Shown: positions 50,288-63,699, numbered from the whole stretch's first letter. The stretch is 63,876 nucleotides of DNA, filler included, from Rhabdomonas costata (GCA_019059605.1; 56 parts of 56 records of this genome joined end to end with filler, not necessarily neighbours in it), one strand, 5' to 3'. Notes: generated by a model from the letters alone, not told the origin. Made by a program: numbers and translations.

Positions 50288-50516
50288 GTTCAATCTTCGA
50301 TAAAAACCACTGTGAATGATGGCTTTCGATTTCAAGGCACCGTTGACCTTTCCGTCCCCTAATGGGCTATTCAAAGAGAGCTCCAACGAGTATTTTAATT
50401 GTTTATTAAAATACTCGTTGGAGCTCTCTTTGAATAGCCCATTAGGGGACGGAAAGGTCAACGGTGCCTTGAAATCGAAAGCCATCATTCACAGTGGTTT
50501 TTATCGAAGATTGAAC
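50288..50516. repeat. 112-bp-arm perfect palindrome at the contig start, likely WGA fold-back
   Basis: 50288-50399 is the reverse complement of 50405-50516; nearly the same peptide is called on both strands. Confidence 0.88.
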
Positions 50517-51041
50517 CAGCGTCCATGACAGCAGCGGCTCGCCAGCAAGAAGCTCCCCTATGCTTTTCATCGCCTGCTTGAAGAAAAAGCAACGAACGGT
50601 TGCTCCCGCGTTTGTTCTAGATGAGGACACCATCCATTTGCGCTCGTGGTAATCACTTTTGGGTCAACTTCTTCTTGCCTTTACCCAAGCTCTTTGGTCG
50701 TGAATCGTGGTTCTCAACGTGCAGCCGCCTAGCTTTCTCGATCTGAAGGGTAGTGCATCTGTAGGGTCAACGTCAATAGTGATTGCTGCTTGAAAGGGCG
50801 CTCAAACCGTAGTTGTGGTTTTCCTGGTACGTTTCGTATTTTGTCTTCTGTATCCGGTTAGCCCCAAGTAACCGAACTGAACTATCATACCATTCACACC
50901 ATTTCAGAGAGGTACGTCGATCTGGCGGTTTGGGATTGAACTCATCCCCTCGCTCCCAGTCGCAGCTTCGATAGGTCGATTGTGCATCACCGCAAACCCC
51001 CTGTGGGTCATCATAGGCCATTGCTTTTATCTCTCACGCAG

Positions 51042-51233
51042 CTCACGAATGTCGGCACGGCCACGGAGGTCTCTGTGCTGGGCAGCGTGCGGGCGGAGAC
51101 CTCCGACTCGGTGATGCCCATGATGATCTCCGCGGAGGAGTTTCAGCGCATCGGGGGCCTCCTAGACTTCGACCGGGCGACCTTCTACGTCATCTGCGGG
51201 GAGCTGCAGGGCACGAAGTTTCCATGGGCTGAG
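51042..51233 (+). CDS. Exon, unknown protein (64 aa)
   Basis: CACGCAG acceptor and GAG|GTGCGC donor; 192 nt, phase 0; GC3-rich. Confidence 0.7.
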
Positions 51234-52217
51234 GTGCGCCCAGATGTTTGATGTTGTGATTTTCCTCCATCCCAGCCAATGCAACCCCAGGAACACACGC
51301 ACTTCTTTTCGTACCCCAACAANNNNNNNNNNNNNNNNNNNNNNNNNNNNNNNNNNNNNNNNNNNNTTAATTAATTAANNNNNNNNNNNNNNNNNNNNNN
51401 NNNNNNNNNNNNNNNNNNNNNNGTGGGTGTGTTTGGGTTTGTGTTGCAAAGCAGTAGTCACAAGAAGAGTTCAGAGGATATGACAGTGGACGCTGGAGTG
51501 GAAGACTCCGCTTCAGTTAGAAATCGCTGAATATGTAAAATGGGATGTCCCCTGGTTGTGTAGTTCCCTTTGTCAACCCATCCGCCCATCCACTGTTTCT
51601 TTTTGTGCTTTTGATGCGTCTTGCAGGCGATGAACAACGTCTGCGTGAATATTCCGGACGCTTACTCGGTACCTCTCCCATCCCCCACGCCCGTCACTTT
51701 GTCGGGAGGTTGCCGTGCCCTGGATCGTTGGACGCTTCATATCTCTGGTGCAGGGCCAGAACGCCCTATGTTCTTAATGTAATCAAATTGTTATCGGGAG
51801 GGGGGCAACGGGTTTGACCTAGGCACCAAGTCACTACGGCGCAGCGGTACCTAGGACCGCTGCGTGCGCGGCGTGGACTGCGTGCAGCGGTCCTTAATGT
51901 GGGGAAAAGTTGTGTCCTGAAGCCCGCATATTCCCTGAACCCCAAGGTGGAGGCCCCTAACTTATAGTGGCTCAACCACGTCTCGAGTGTTGCTCACAAA
52001 GGATTTGTGGGAGTTTAGTTGGACCACTGCCAAAATCTTGGAAAACAGGGGTGGTCATTTAAGCACCCATCAGAATATTCCGCCAGCTGTTTCTTTCTTC
52101 GCAATTCTGAAAGAAGTTTTGTAGCGTGCCCACCTCATGTAAATCCATGTGAGGACAAAGGAAAAAACAGTGTTTCAGGGGTTCTGCATTCCTCCGCCTC
52201 CTCTTCCCAAACCGCAG

Positions 52218-52358
52218 GACTCTCGGTTCAACAAAGCTATGGACATGAAGACCGGCTATCGCACCAAGTCCATTCTGTGCATGCCTGTGACCTACTCCGA
52301 CTCCGTGGTTGCTGTGGCCCAGCTGGTGAACAAGGACGGAGGGCTGCACTTCACTGCG
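52218..52358 (+). CDS. GAF-domain exon of a cyclic nucleotide phosphodiesterase/cyclase (PDEB-like)
   Basis: DSRFNKAMDMKTGYRTKSILCMPV...VVAVAQLVNK...FT, the NKFDE-type GAF signature; AG/GT boundaries. Confidence 0.92.
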
Positions 52359-52456
52359 GTCTGCGCCTCGCCGAATATAACAAGGACTGGCATATCGGCG
52401 AGGCGCAGACCGCAGTGAAGTGCAGCCCTCCGTCCTTGTTCACCAGCTGGGCCACA
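52313..52456. repeat. Terminal fold-back hairpin (62-bp arms) duplicating the end of the GAF exon, artefact
   Basis: 52313-52374 is the reverse complement of 52395-52456. Confidence 0.88.
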
Positions 52457-53864
52457 CCACCCNNNNNNNNNNNNNNNNNNNNNNNNNNNNNNNNNNNNNN
52501 NNNNNNTTAATTAATTAANNNNNNNNNNNNNNNNNNNNNNNNNNNNNNNNNNNNNNNNNNNNGGTTTGTCCCTCTCATCCGCCCATATCCTTCCATTGGC
52601 TGCGTCTGTCCTGAAATATGCCCATGTTTGTTGCCAAGTTGCCTTTGCTTGGTTCTTTAGCCCTCACATGCCCCATTTCCGAAGCACTGTGTGGGTACAT
52701 TCGGCTTGTCCCTGAACAGTTTCGGCTCCTTGGTTGATGATAATTCCTTTTGATGAAGTGAAGTAAATGCCAGAAGAAAAACTAACGAGAATCGTCGATG
52801 GCAGCTCGAAACGAACTCAGCGGTTACAGCGACAGACAGGTAGCCGCTAGATCTTATCCGCCTGTCACGAAGTAAGAAATAATGGGCCAGGAGGTAGAAA
52901 TTTGAATGAGGATCACGATTACACACGAGGCAAGGCAAGAGGAAAGTCGACACGTCACACCTGCTCCTTGGGAGGCAGCAAACGGATCTCAAACATCCGT
53001 TTCCTCAGCTTTATCCCGCTGATGAACTGTGATCACACACACACACACACACACAGCCTCAACCACACGTACACAACACGGAACTACGGGAGTGAGGAAA
53101 CACGCAAGTCCGCTTTCTGGCCAAAGCGAGGTTTCTGACAAACTTTCGTTTCGAATCTGCGGAATCAAGCTATGTATTAAAGGGATCATAGCTAAGAGAC
53201 TCTCCGCCTTTTCTGGGCGTTGGGACCGTTTCTCAGCGTTTCTCTCCGAGTTGGGTCCTGTTTTCAAGGTTTAATGCAATTTTTTGGCCCAAGCGTCTAT
53301 CTTTCGAAGCAGCTCTGTTGTTGTTAATCTGTTTAACAGAGCTCCGACTTGGACAGTACGCCCGCGCTGAAGCCCTCAGACCTTCCTGAACCTACCAGAT
53401 CCAGTCCCAAGAAAGAAGCTGGTTCCAGAGGCATAAATAAAAACAAAAAGGGTGTCTCACCGAACAGTCCTCACCATGTACACCCCACGCCCTTCAGTGT
53501 TAATCCCCACCTCACCACTACCCACCACCCATTAATCGCCATCCCGTATGCTCTATTCCTATCATCCCCACACCTGTTCCCTCACACCTCGCTCACACCA
53601 ACCNNNNNNNNNNNNNNNNNNNNNNNNNNNNNNNNNNNNNNNNNNNNTTAATTAATTAANNNNNNNNNNNNNNNNNNNNNNNNNNNNNNNNNNNNNNNNN
53701 NNNGGGTGGTTTGTTGCAAGAGCAAGCTAAACAGGCATGCATGCCAAGGAGATTCCCGTATGTCCCAGCAGAGATCATGCAAGTGATTACAAGGCCGCAC
53801 ACTTGCGATTCGGGCTCAACTTACCCTCACACTCTCTCCCCAGTTCTCTGCAGAAGGCGTGCAC

Positions 53865-54519
53865 GCCTGGATGCGGTACTTCATCAGCACAAACTCGCCG
53901 TCAGGGGGGATGAAGCTAATCGTACGGTCGGCGTCGAACTTCCCCAGTCGCACGCACTGGTGGAAGGTCACATCCTCCAAGTCGATCTCGGAATGCTTCT
54001 TGGCAGAGGAGCGCTCCTTCTCCAGCATTCCTGTGCGAATCAAAAAGCAGAGACAGACCCTAACGGGGGAAGGGGTTATGGACAGCGACCACACAACCCA
54101 GCGTAATAATAAATCCGTGCGGAATACTGACATCTTAAAATGAGGATTGGTGGGGAGGGGAGCGATTTCAAAGACAAAGGCAAAGGCCTAAAGACTGTTA
54201 TGACAAAGAACTTTGAACGTTTCAATTTTCCAAAGTACACAAAAGTTATAAAAGCAGTAAGTGTTGTTGGTATAGTCTCTACGTTTTCTTTTTTTTTGGG
54301 GGGGGGGGAGGGCTACCATTCGAACTCGGGCTACTAATCGAATATGTAAGCAAAAGAGTCAAGAGCTGGGAAAAGACCCTTGTCGTTCAGTCCAAACTTG
54401 CACTCCGGGGTGCCGGACAGGAAGCTCTTCATGACAACCTTACCGGAGACATCCCTGTGCAGAATGGTGCCCTGCTGAGACATCAGCAGGTTGACATCCT
54501 CCACAACGTCCAGGAATAC
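53865..54519 (-). CDS. AP2M1: AP-2 complex subunit mu, two exons (54378-54519, ~53865-54030)
   Basis: [50 protein letters not shown]...[44 protein letters not shown] and ECKFGLNDK favour mu2 over mu1. Confidence 0.9.
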
Positions 54520-55170
54520 CTGCGCGAGGAACAGTTAACGCAGAAGGGGGGTTCCAAGTGCAGAGAATACTCAGTGGAGAGTGTAGCCTGGGAAAAGGTG
54601 CGGTACTCCCTCTCTATCCCACTTCGCACTCACCCTGTCATCTGAGAAATACAGCATTTCAGAGTGATGGTTAGAATGATCTTTAAAAAAAGAAGAAGAA
54701 GAAGAGAGTGTGATCAGGACACCAATCAAGCGGACCAGTGATTATNNNNNNNNNNNNNNNNNNNNNNNNNNNNNNNNNNNNNNNNNNNNTTAATTAATTA
54801 ANNNNNNNNNNNNNNNNNNNNNNNNNNNNNNNNNNNNNNNNNNNNTCCAGAAATTGAGGGAGGGAATGTAAAAAGACTGCGAATCAAAAACACAAGCACA
54901 CATATTTTCCACAGATATACAGTTTTTTGGAGGTAGGGCTAAGGTAGCTAACTAGCCAGATGTACAGTGGGGCCTGGTGCTTCTGTGTGTGATGCGGTAG
55001 GCCAAGGAGCAAGGGACAGTGTGCAGACAGTCTCCACCAGACCGATGGACCCTAACAGTGACCTCCCAGTTCCTCTGAGAGGTCGACCTCCGTGATTTTT
55101 CCGAAAACAGCTCCTCATTCTCATTTTTCCGAAAACAGCACAGAAATGTATCAAAATTACATCATCATGC

Positions 55171-55260
55171 TTCCATAATTATATAGAATTCTATATATAG
55201 AATTCTATATAATTATGGAATTCTATATAATTATATATATAGAATATATTCTATATATTG
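55171..55260. repeat. AT-rich 50-bp perfect palindrome (55171-55220) plus degenerate extension
   Basis: TTCCATAATTATATAGAATTCTATATATAGAATTCTATATAATTATGGAA is self-complementary. Confidence 0.88.
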
Positions 55261-56289
55261 GAAGCATACTGGATGCTGGCTGGGTGCTCTGCTGCATTTT
55301 CGCCTTAAATGGCGAATTTGCCTTAACGGCTGTCCATTTTGCCTACCCAAATAGCCCCCGCTGTACCACCACTTTCCACCTTTGCGGGCAAAAAAAGAAG
55401 AGTAAGAGATTGATGTGCTCATTCAGATGGAACACCGGATATTTCCCTGTGTTTGGCTAACAATTGTAGATTTCCAGAATATTGTATATTTGAATTGATT
55501 GTGCTGCTTTGGCTGCTGCTGTGGTGTCTCGGGCACACAGTTTTCGGGTGCATTGCTACAAAATAATGTAACGCAAACTTCTACAGGTCGACAACATAAT
55601 AAAAAAACATGATTACACCCAGTACACACCGCACCGTACTTTTCCTCGGTTTGCACACCGAGCTAGCACACTCGAGGACTCGTAGCCCGCAATGTCTACG
55701 ATGCTTCGCTCTTCTCAGGGCGGCTCCTGCACAGTGAGACAGTCTTTGCTGGGCCAAGAGTCGCCCCTCAGTCCTCCGGCAGCTTTGGGTTTGGGCAGCC
55801 CTCGGACAAGGACCGGGGGATGCAGGCTCTCACCCCAATGCTGCTCCGCGCCCCGAATCCCTCTGCTGGGGCCGCGGCCCAAAAACCNNNNNNNNNNNNN
55901 NNNNNNNNNNNNNNNNNNNNNNNNNNNNNNNTTAATTAATTAANNNNNNNNNNNNNNNNNNNNNNNNNNNNNNNNNNNNNNNNNNNNGGTTTGGAGGCAT
56001 GAACGCAGTGAATGCCGACAGGATAACAGGAGGAGCGCAGCGACCGACACGTCAAGGCATTCTTCTGTAGGAGGGAGCGTAGCGACCGACAAGCATCTTC
56101 TCTTCTTCTCTTTATCCTGTATCATGTGAGGGAGCGTACCGGGGAGCGACCGAACCACGCATTTAGGGAGGGACGAGCGCAGCGAGTCACGACCAGCAAA
56201 TACCCCTAGAGGCTCCCCGTCGGGTCGCATCCCCCTCTGTCAGTCGGCATTACACCACCATAAGGTGCCTTCATGCCTCCCTCCACCCT

Positions 56290-57029
56290 TCAACCCATCA
56301 CCTATACGTGTCACTTCCCTCGCTCCCCGACTCACATCGGTACGCTCGCTCCGTCCGGGCGTAGCCACACAGAATACCCTTAGCATGAGAGGTGAGGTCT
56401 CGTAACCATCCTTATGGGGGTGGAGAGACCGAACCATCACATGTAGGGAGGGATGCTGAGAGGCATCGAGGCATCCCGACCCACCATCAACACCCAATAC
56501 CCCTTCTGTGTGGGTTTAGGCACCAGCGGTAGGAATGCATCAAGGTCAGCGAGCCATGCGTAGTAGAGGATGCAAGGGTAAGTGTCTGCGAGTCGAGGAA
56601 GGGAATGCATCGGAGTAAAGCATCTGGGTTGAAGGCATGCGTAGGTTTAGGCATCTGGGCATCTTCAACCCTCATAGTCATGCTGAGTTACTGCATTCTT
56701 CACTCATAGTCATGCTGATACCTTACACCATACACCCTTAGCCTCACATCCCGACACCCCAACCACCATGACATGACCCTCAGAAACACAAAGCCCCTAG
56801 AAACACAGAACACCATGACACACAGAAGCACTGTAGAAGCGTAGAACATGAACACAGAAAGCATCGACCCTCAGACGTAAATCCCACGAACCCACCACAC
56901 CCTGAAATCCACGCACCAAGAACACACGTAACCCTGAGACATAAACGCAGTAGAAGCACTGATGAACACCAAGACGCATCGCTGAACCCACAGAACCCCT
57001 CGACACCCTGAGACGTAAACACACACCAC
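56290..57029 (-). repeat. Complex interspersed repeat family A, copy 2
   Basis: Reverse complement shares several 15-45-nt blocks with 1-880 in the same overall order; internal CTCATAGTCATGCTGA x2 and CCCTGAGAC.TAAAC x2. Confidence 0.8.
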
Positions 57030-60000
57030 NNNNNNNNNNNNNNNNNNNNNNNNNNNNNNNNNNNNNNNNNNNNTTAATTAATTAANNNNNNNNNNNNNNN
57101 NNNNNNNNNNNNNNNNNNNNNNNNNNNNNCCGTGACTTCGCAAGATGCTCGTGAGAATAGCTCCGCTGAGTATATGTGAAGCAACGGAAGTTACCCACGG
57201 TTACATACCGCGCATATATCCGGGACTATGCTGTCTCGACCAATTAGAAAAGGACCACAAAAATAATAACCCTATCAAATGGCCAGCTCTTGGACTGCGG
57301 TAGAAAGGAGGAACCTGAAGAATGAAGGGGTGAACTTGATTGTGAATGAAGGGCGCCAACAAAAGGAGCGGCAGAAATACAAGCGAAAGAAGGCATCCTT
57401 GAAGTGCCATAGATGATGAAAGTTCAAGATGAACCGCAATAAATGCAGCCCCGATTGCCACACAAGTGCCTTTCTTTTTAAAATCAAGTGAGCACATCAA
57501 AGACAACGTGCTGCTTCCCAGGATCTTACAAAAGCTTCTCTACAAGCGCTCAGTGCAGTTTGAAGTGTACAGTGCACGAGGCGAAATGTCACAGATCTAC
57601 AAGCACAAACTCTAGAACCCGCCCCTCGCAGGCCACGTTCCCTCATCACTCATAGCTCTTTTGCTTTTGGTTTTTCTGTCCTTTTTGGCTCGGGATGCTC
57701 TTCTCTTTTCTCTTTTCCCTGCTCTTCTTTCCTCTGAGCTGACATCGGCTTTGGGCTTCCTCTAATCTACCGGGGTTGTTCTTCTTCAGCTTCTTTTACT
57801 CAACTCTTCTCCTGAACTCTTGCTGCCTCAACCCGCCACCTGCTGCACTGTGCCTCCACTTCCTGTCATCCCGGGGCTGCTTTTCACAGCCCTCTCGCTC
57901 AACTTCTCCAAACCTACGCGGCCAACTCGTCGTATTCTCGGCTCTGCGGCCTTGTCCTCCTCAACGGCGTCCTTCGGAACGGCTCTCCTAGCACCGTACT
58001 CCTCCGTCTTCTACTTCCTTTTTTCCGCCTCCTTCGCTGCCAGAACTCTGCTCAAAGCTGTCTTCTTTACCTTCTACCAAAAAACGTTCTTCCTATGTGT
58101 GCTGAACCGTGCCAATTTTCAGATCAAAAATTGGCAGTAGTTACGGCGTGGTGTGGATAGCGGGTTCGAGNNNNNNNNNNNNNNNNNNNNNNNNNNNNNN
58201 NNNNNNNNNNNNNNTTAATTAATTAANNNNNNNNNNNNNNNNNNNNNNNNNNNNNNNNNNNNNNNNNNNNGGGGGTTGGTCCCCGCTGGCAACCGGCAAA
58301 TTCAGATTTCATAACTTGCATTGGTGCAATGGAAGGTTGGGGGCGGGGGAGTGGTAATGTTCCCTCCAGCTTTTATTGGGCCGTAGCGTTTGCGTGTGTG
58401 GGTTGTCCCGTCTTGCCTAACGAGGAGAAGACACAGGTGTGGTTTTAACAACGCAAAAGAAAGAGACTCGATACCTACCGGAGTTGTCGTGATTCAATCA
58501 AATTGATTAAATCGCGGTGATTAGATCATGATCAACAAGAAAAACGTGATGACAAACTCAAAACAAAAAAAGGATACCTTGAACGTCAACGTTATTAAAT
58601 TTGTCAGCCCCCTTGTTTGAACGGACGAACTTAATAACTTTCACCACTCATCTCGCCTGCATATAGAGGTCTCCATTGCGTTGTTGGTGGATGAATCGCT
58701 CAATCCACTGCGTGGGGTTTTCGTGCACTTTTCCCGGCTGAGGTTAGCGAGCTGCATTCGGGCCGCTTTCCTGGCTGCTTTCAGAGTGAATTTATCGGAG
58801 GTCGCTCCAGCACGGTTTTTATCTGCACCGTCAACCCCGTGGACGGCCGCGAATCGGCCGCGACGCTTCACTTCGCCTCCACCGCGCAGATGATACCGAG
58901 CCGAGCGGAGCAGGTTGTTTTGCTGTCATCTCTTCGTTCCGGTATGGCATTGCTGGAAACGAAATTATCCCACGGTAACCTATCCTGCTTGTCGCCAGAA
59001 AGATAGAAAGACGACGGAAAAAACACGGCAAGGAACGGCACGGTCAAGACAGGGAGGTTTGTGAGGACAGGAAGGTGAGACAGGGGTAAGGGCAAAAGGA
59101 AGAGGTCTGAAAGGGTGAAGGCTGCAGAGGAAACTAAGTGGATGTGCACCGATGTAAGTGCGCGTCCAGTTCCCTATCTGTAGTGCTTACACCTGAAGGA
59201 AATACCAACGGGAATCGGAATTGAGCTTACATGCAAAGATTTGCCTGTTTACCATTCCTGCTAGTTCGGTTACCTGTTACCTTACCCTTACCCCTTACCT
59301 TCCTCGTGCCCCCNNNNNNNNNNNNNNNNNNNNNNNNNNNNNNNNNNNNNNNNNNNNTTAATTAATTAANNNNNNNNNNNNNNNNNNNNNNNNNNNNNNN
59401 NNNNNNNNNNNNNTTTCGAAAAGTCGTTTTTGGACAAAATCTCTCAGTTCTCACTTTTGAAACTAAGGGGACAATATTGCCCGTGTCACCTCAAGAGGGA
59501 GATATGGGAAACGTGTTACCGAAAAGTCAGGTTTTGGACTTGCAGAGAGTAGGAGGATAGTAACATGTCTTCCAGTGTAAACCTCAACTGTAAATTTTAT
59601 TCTTTTAAAGCTTTATGCTTTTAAAGCTTTCTTTTATTCGTTCAAAGCGCCGTAATGTTCTGTTTCCTTTTTTCAATTTACCTATGTTTTTCAGATGTCT
59701 GGGTGAGTCCACCTCTGTTTTTCGGCTCCCACTTTTGACCTTGCACAGGACATATTTCGAACCACAATACCTTCATGGAAAATATTCAATGTTCGGGACC
59801 CCCAAAGGACCGCGAAGAACGGGGATAAAGCGGCAAAAGTTAAAAGTTGTCCTTTTTTTTTACTTTAAAACGAAGTAGACGCCCTGTTGAAATCGGGAAA
59901 AGCGCATCACAGTGTTACTTCGGCTTGTGTGACGGCCACTGTAGCACATGTGTGAGGAGCAGTTCTCGCTACCGCGCGTGGCCTCAAAGTCAGGACGCGC

Positions 60001-60174
60001 TTGTTCGCACTTTCGGCCATCGTTTTCGTACAATTACATGAACTCCGTTGCAACGATATTGCCCGCCCTATGCCGATACTCAAAAGCGAAAAACCTACAG
60101 CTAACGTCACCGCACGGCAGTATTGCCCCGGTTCTCTTCTCAGCTTGCATTCGTTTTTCACCATACCCGCTGGA

Positions 60175-60363
60175 ATGCCTCGCACCCTGCCACTCTGGAT
60201 ATGCTTTGCCGTGGCCGTCCTGGCCTTCACCGGGGCCTTCACCGGCAGCCTGTGGACCACCTTGAACCAGGCCCCGGTTTCCTCGGTGGAGGAGCTCTCT
60301 GGAGTGTTCCAGGCCACAATGATGCGGGACCTGGAGCACCGGCTGCTGAACGTTATGGATGGT
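60175..60363 (+). CDS. N-terminal TM-containing exon fragment of an unknown membrane protein
   Basis: MPRTLPLWICFAVAVLAFTGAFTGSLWTTLNQ...; GC3-rich; truncated by a 24-bp fold-back at 60369-60441. Confidence 0.5.
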
Positions 60364-60550
60364 TGTGATGCTAAATGGCTGGCTTGCCTTCCCACAAAAT
60401 GAGCGCAGCACGGTGGAGGAAGGCAAGCCAGCCATTTAGCAACACAAACANNNNNNNNNNNNNNNNNNNNNNNNNNNNNNNNNNNNNNNNNNNNTTAATT
60501 AATTAANNNNNNNNNNNNNNNNNNNNNNNNNNNNNNNNNNNNNNNNNNNN

Positions 60551-60752
60551 GTTTTTCGAGGACCCTTTGAGCGGAGAAGCGTGAGTCTCCTCTCCACTTT
60601 TTCGAAAGGCACCGCTGCCTTCGACGCACTGGAGGCCCGGCTGCGTGAACGCCTGCTACGATGTGTTAATGGCACGGCGCTGAACCTTCCGCTTCGACCG
60701 CTGCCTTTCCTTGTCTCCGTGCTGGCGAAGAACCATCCAGAGCTGCTTCCCT
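60551..60752 (+). CDS. Possible exon, unknown protein
   Basis: LLSTFSKGTAAFDALEARLRERLLRCVNG...KNHPELLPS followed by a GTGCGT donor-like site. Confidence 0.4.
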
Positions 60753-60837
60753 CGTGCGTGCATGAGTGTGGCGTTGGGTGCTGATGTCTCTGTGCAAGCA
60801 GTCTTAGTGGGGGGCCCACTTAATCCTCCTCGTAGTA

Positions 60838-60896
60838 TGCGTAATCGAATATATGCGTAATCGAATAATCGAAGTAATCGGATTGGTGACATCCCT
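60838..60896. mobile_element. Possible hAT-type non-autonomous element end
   Basis: Four TAATCG subterminal motifs ending in GACATCCCT (reverse complement AGGGATGTC); partner end not identified. Confidence 0.3.
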
Positions 60897-63699
60897 TTGT
60901 GGCACTGGTAATCGACGCCTCGGGTAGTCGCTGTCGTCCCCCCCCCCCGCTATTCACGTGTGCGTAGCGGCGCCATTGACGCCGTGAGTAGCGTTCGCTA
61001 TGAATAGTGTTCGCAACTCAACCATGCTGATAAAATGTTTTCCATCACCTTACTCTTCAACCAATTCGCGCAACTCTTTAACCCTTTCGTAGGCGAAACA
61101 TCGCTCAAATGGGAGCCACTCGACACAGTGCATGAGAAAGTACTCAGCACTGGGCGTAAAACGCTTCCATGCGATCACAGAGCCTCTGCGACAGATTTAT
61201 CTCGGCGCGAAGGCGAGAGCCGCGGCGGCGAAGCCGGCCGGGGCGCGGCCTGTGACAGACACCAGAGCGCCTTGCACGTACCCCTGGATTGGGATCAGCA
61301 GGCGGTGCACGTAAGCTGTTTACCCAGCACTAGGCATAAAGCGATCACGGAACTCCTTTGGTACCGTTGGGTCCGCTCGAAAGTTTTTGCGTAGCGAACG
61401 CTACTGATTGCTGAGTGGCGAACTTCCGTAATCGAGCTCCCGTTTTGAGAAATTCCCCCCCCCCAACGTCTTTCCGTTGGAAATAGGTGCAAATTAATTG
61501 ATCGGTAATCGGTAATCGTCGCCTTTCCAGAGGACATGCAGTGATTTAACTATCGTAGGTTAAATCCCCAACAAACCAACCACACCCACCACNNNNNNNN
61601 NNNNNNNNNNNNNNNNNNNNNNNNNNNNNNNNNNNNTTAATTAATTAANNNNNNNNNNNNNNNNNNNNNNNNNNNNNNNNNNNNNNNNNNNNTTTTGGGG
61701 TGGTGGGGGCAGGGGTAGTTGAGTTTTTGGGTGTCCTGTGAGGCTTTTGAAATGTGCTTGAATCCCTCTTGCATTGTCTCTGTGATTGCGATGCCCTCGT
61801 TTTCCCAGCCTACGCTCGGTTTACTTACCCATTGTGTGCATGTCTCGTTGAGTGTCATCATGGCTCCACCTCTCATTCTTTGTCCTTCATCTCTTGACAC
61901 ACGCATGCACACATACATCAGAGGTTTTTCAGGACAGAGGCTGGGTCTTTCTCAGGAGACTCACACCGCTCTGCTGCACCACAGCCTGTGTGTCGCCCGA
62001 GTGTGGCGTTTTTTGGCATATGTACAGCCCGCGTCCGTGCCTTTGTGTTCGTCCGTCTGTTTTGGCGTGCTTTTTGTCCCTCTCGCGTCTCCCCCCGGCC
62101 CGCCCTGCCTGCCAGCGCACGCGGTTCCTTTTCGGCTCTGCATGCAGTGTCTCTTATGGCGCTCTGGTGCTTTGGGGCAGTTTTGGCCCGGTTTTGGACC
62201 GTTTGCCTGCGCACTGCAGGTATGGCCGCGCGTGGTTTTGGTGGATGCCTTTATTGGGCGATTGGGCGAGATGCTCGATTCCAACCCGGGAATTATATTG
62301 AATATTTTTCAATGGAACTTTTCAGTAAAAAAATAATTAAAAATACATTTTTAAAAACAATTTTATAAAAACTACAAAATACGTAATTTACGAAATCTGT
62401 TCTATCCTTTTTGTTCTTATTTTAATGGGCCCCACAAGGCTTAAAAATTCACAGAAACTGAGGGCAGAATCGTGCAAATGCCCCACTGAACTCCGCAAGA
62501 AGGGTTGATGATGATAAATTTCACGCTTTGTTCTTAACGAGCTCTTGTGAGACCTCATCCCTTTAGGCTGTGTTCAGCTGCATTATGTCCACACCCATCT
62601 CATGTCCTAACGATGGGGTGATCCCTGGCACTGCCACGCACCATAAAAAATGGCAACGCGCCAAGTCGCATATTGTAGCAGGTGATTTGGAATCCTCTCC
62701 TTTTCGGCCATATTTTTTTAATGAAAATTTGGAANNNNNNNNNNNNNNNNNNNNNNNNNNNNNNNNNNNNNNNNNNNNTTAATTAATTAANNNNNNNNNN
62801 NNNNNNNNNNNNNNNNNNNNNNNNNNNNNNNNNNGGTGTTTGGTCTAATCGTGTTCTTTTTGTTGGCTAAGGCCAAGCAAGAGTTCCTGCCACCAATTCT
62901 GACCTACGTGAAAGACAACGGAATGGCAAAAAAATCGTTTTTTCATAAACCGCTGCATGACCTTGTTACGCCGTTATACGAACAACACCGCTTTACTGTA
63001 TAACGGCACTGTACCGTTTAAATGCAAATTCTTGGTTTTGTCGTTCGTTGGGTCGGAGCTGTTGCGATATGGGTTTTGGGCGAGTGGGGTGCAGGCAACC
63101 TGTTGGGCTGCCTGAGGATCCCCTTGGTGAGCTACACCTCGTGGTACTCTGCCGTGGTGCTGACGAAGCTGATAGGTTTGAGAGTTGTGAATAGTGGGCG
63201 GGAGTGGTGCAATGGTATCATAAAGTGAAAGTGCTGAACTAATGCACTGGACTACCTGTTTCTTGGAAACTATCCCCGCTGTGTTCCACCCTAGAAATCC
63301 GCAAAAGGGTTTGTCCCAAATGCTGTTATGCTGGTTGGACCTGCCATAATACTGACTTCGCGGGATCTAGGTTTTAATATTTAGTATGAAAGCTGACTTG
63401 GAATGCTTTTGGAATGGGGGCAATTTTCGAAAGGTATGCTCGACGTTGGGGATTTACAGGCCAGCTACGAGTGTTTGCTTCATTTTTGTCCGTGTGCGTT
63501 TATTGTTCATGCTGATCGCGACTGGATCGCTTGCAGCATACCTTCCCCTGTATTCGACTTCTTCCCTTTTTTCCCTTCTTCTTCTACATCATTTCGACGG
63601 AAATGGAAATTTCCCCTTTGCTTTTTTATTCTCCCCGTTTCCCTCGCGTCAGTGCCACCAATGATTCAATTGGTTTGGGTGACTGGGACAGTGTAATGG

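Noticed and set aside
50225-50528. Near-identical ORFs on both strands (MMAFDFKAPLTFPSPNG...)
   Set aside because: Consequence of the palindrome; no coding evidence.
59270-59300. TTACCC-like repeats near a contig end, possible telomere
   Set aside because: Only a few degenerate units and not CCCTAA/TTAGGG.
1045-62834. Regularly spaced TTAATTAATTAA repeats resembling an array or CRISPR
   Set aside because: Each is embedded in N runs with identical geometry; artificial concatenation linker. ORFs ending in XXX-LIN are artefacts.
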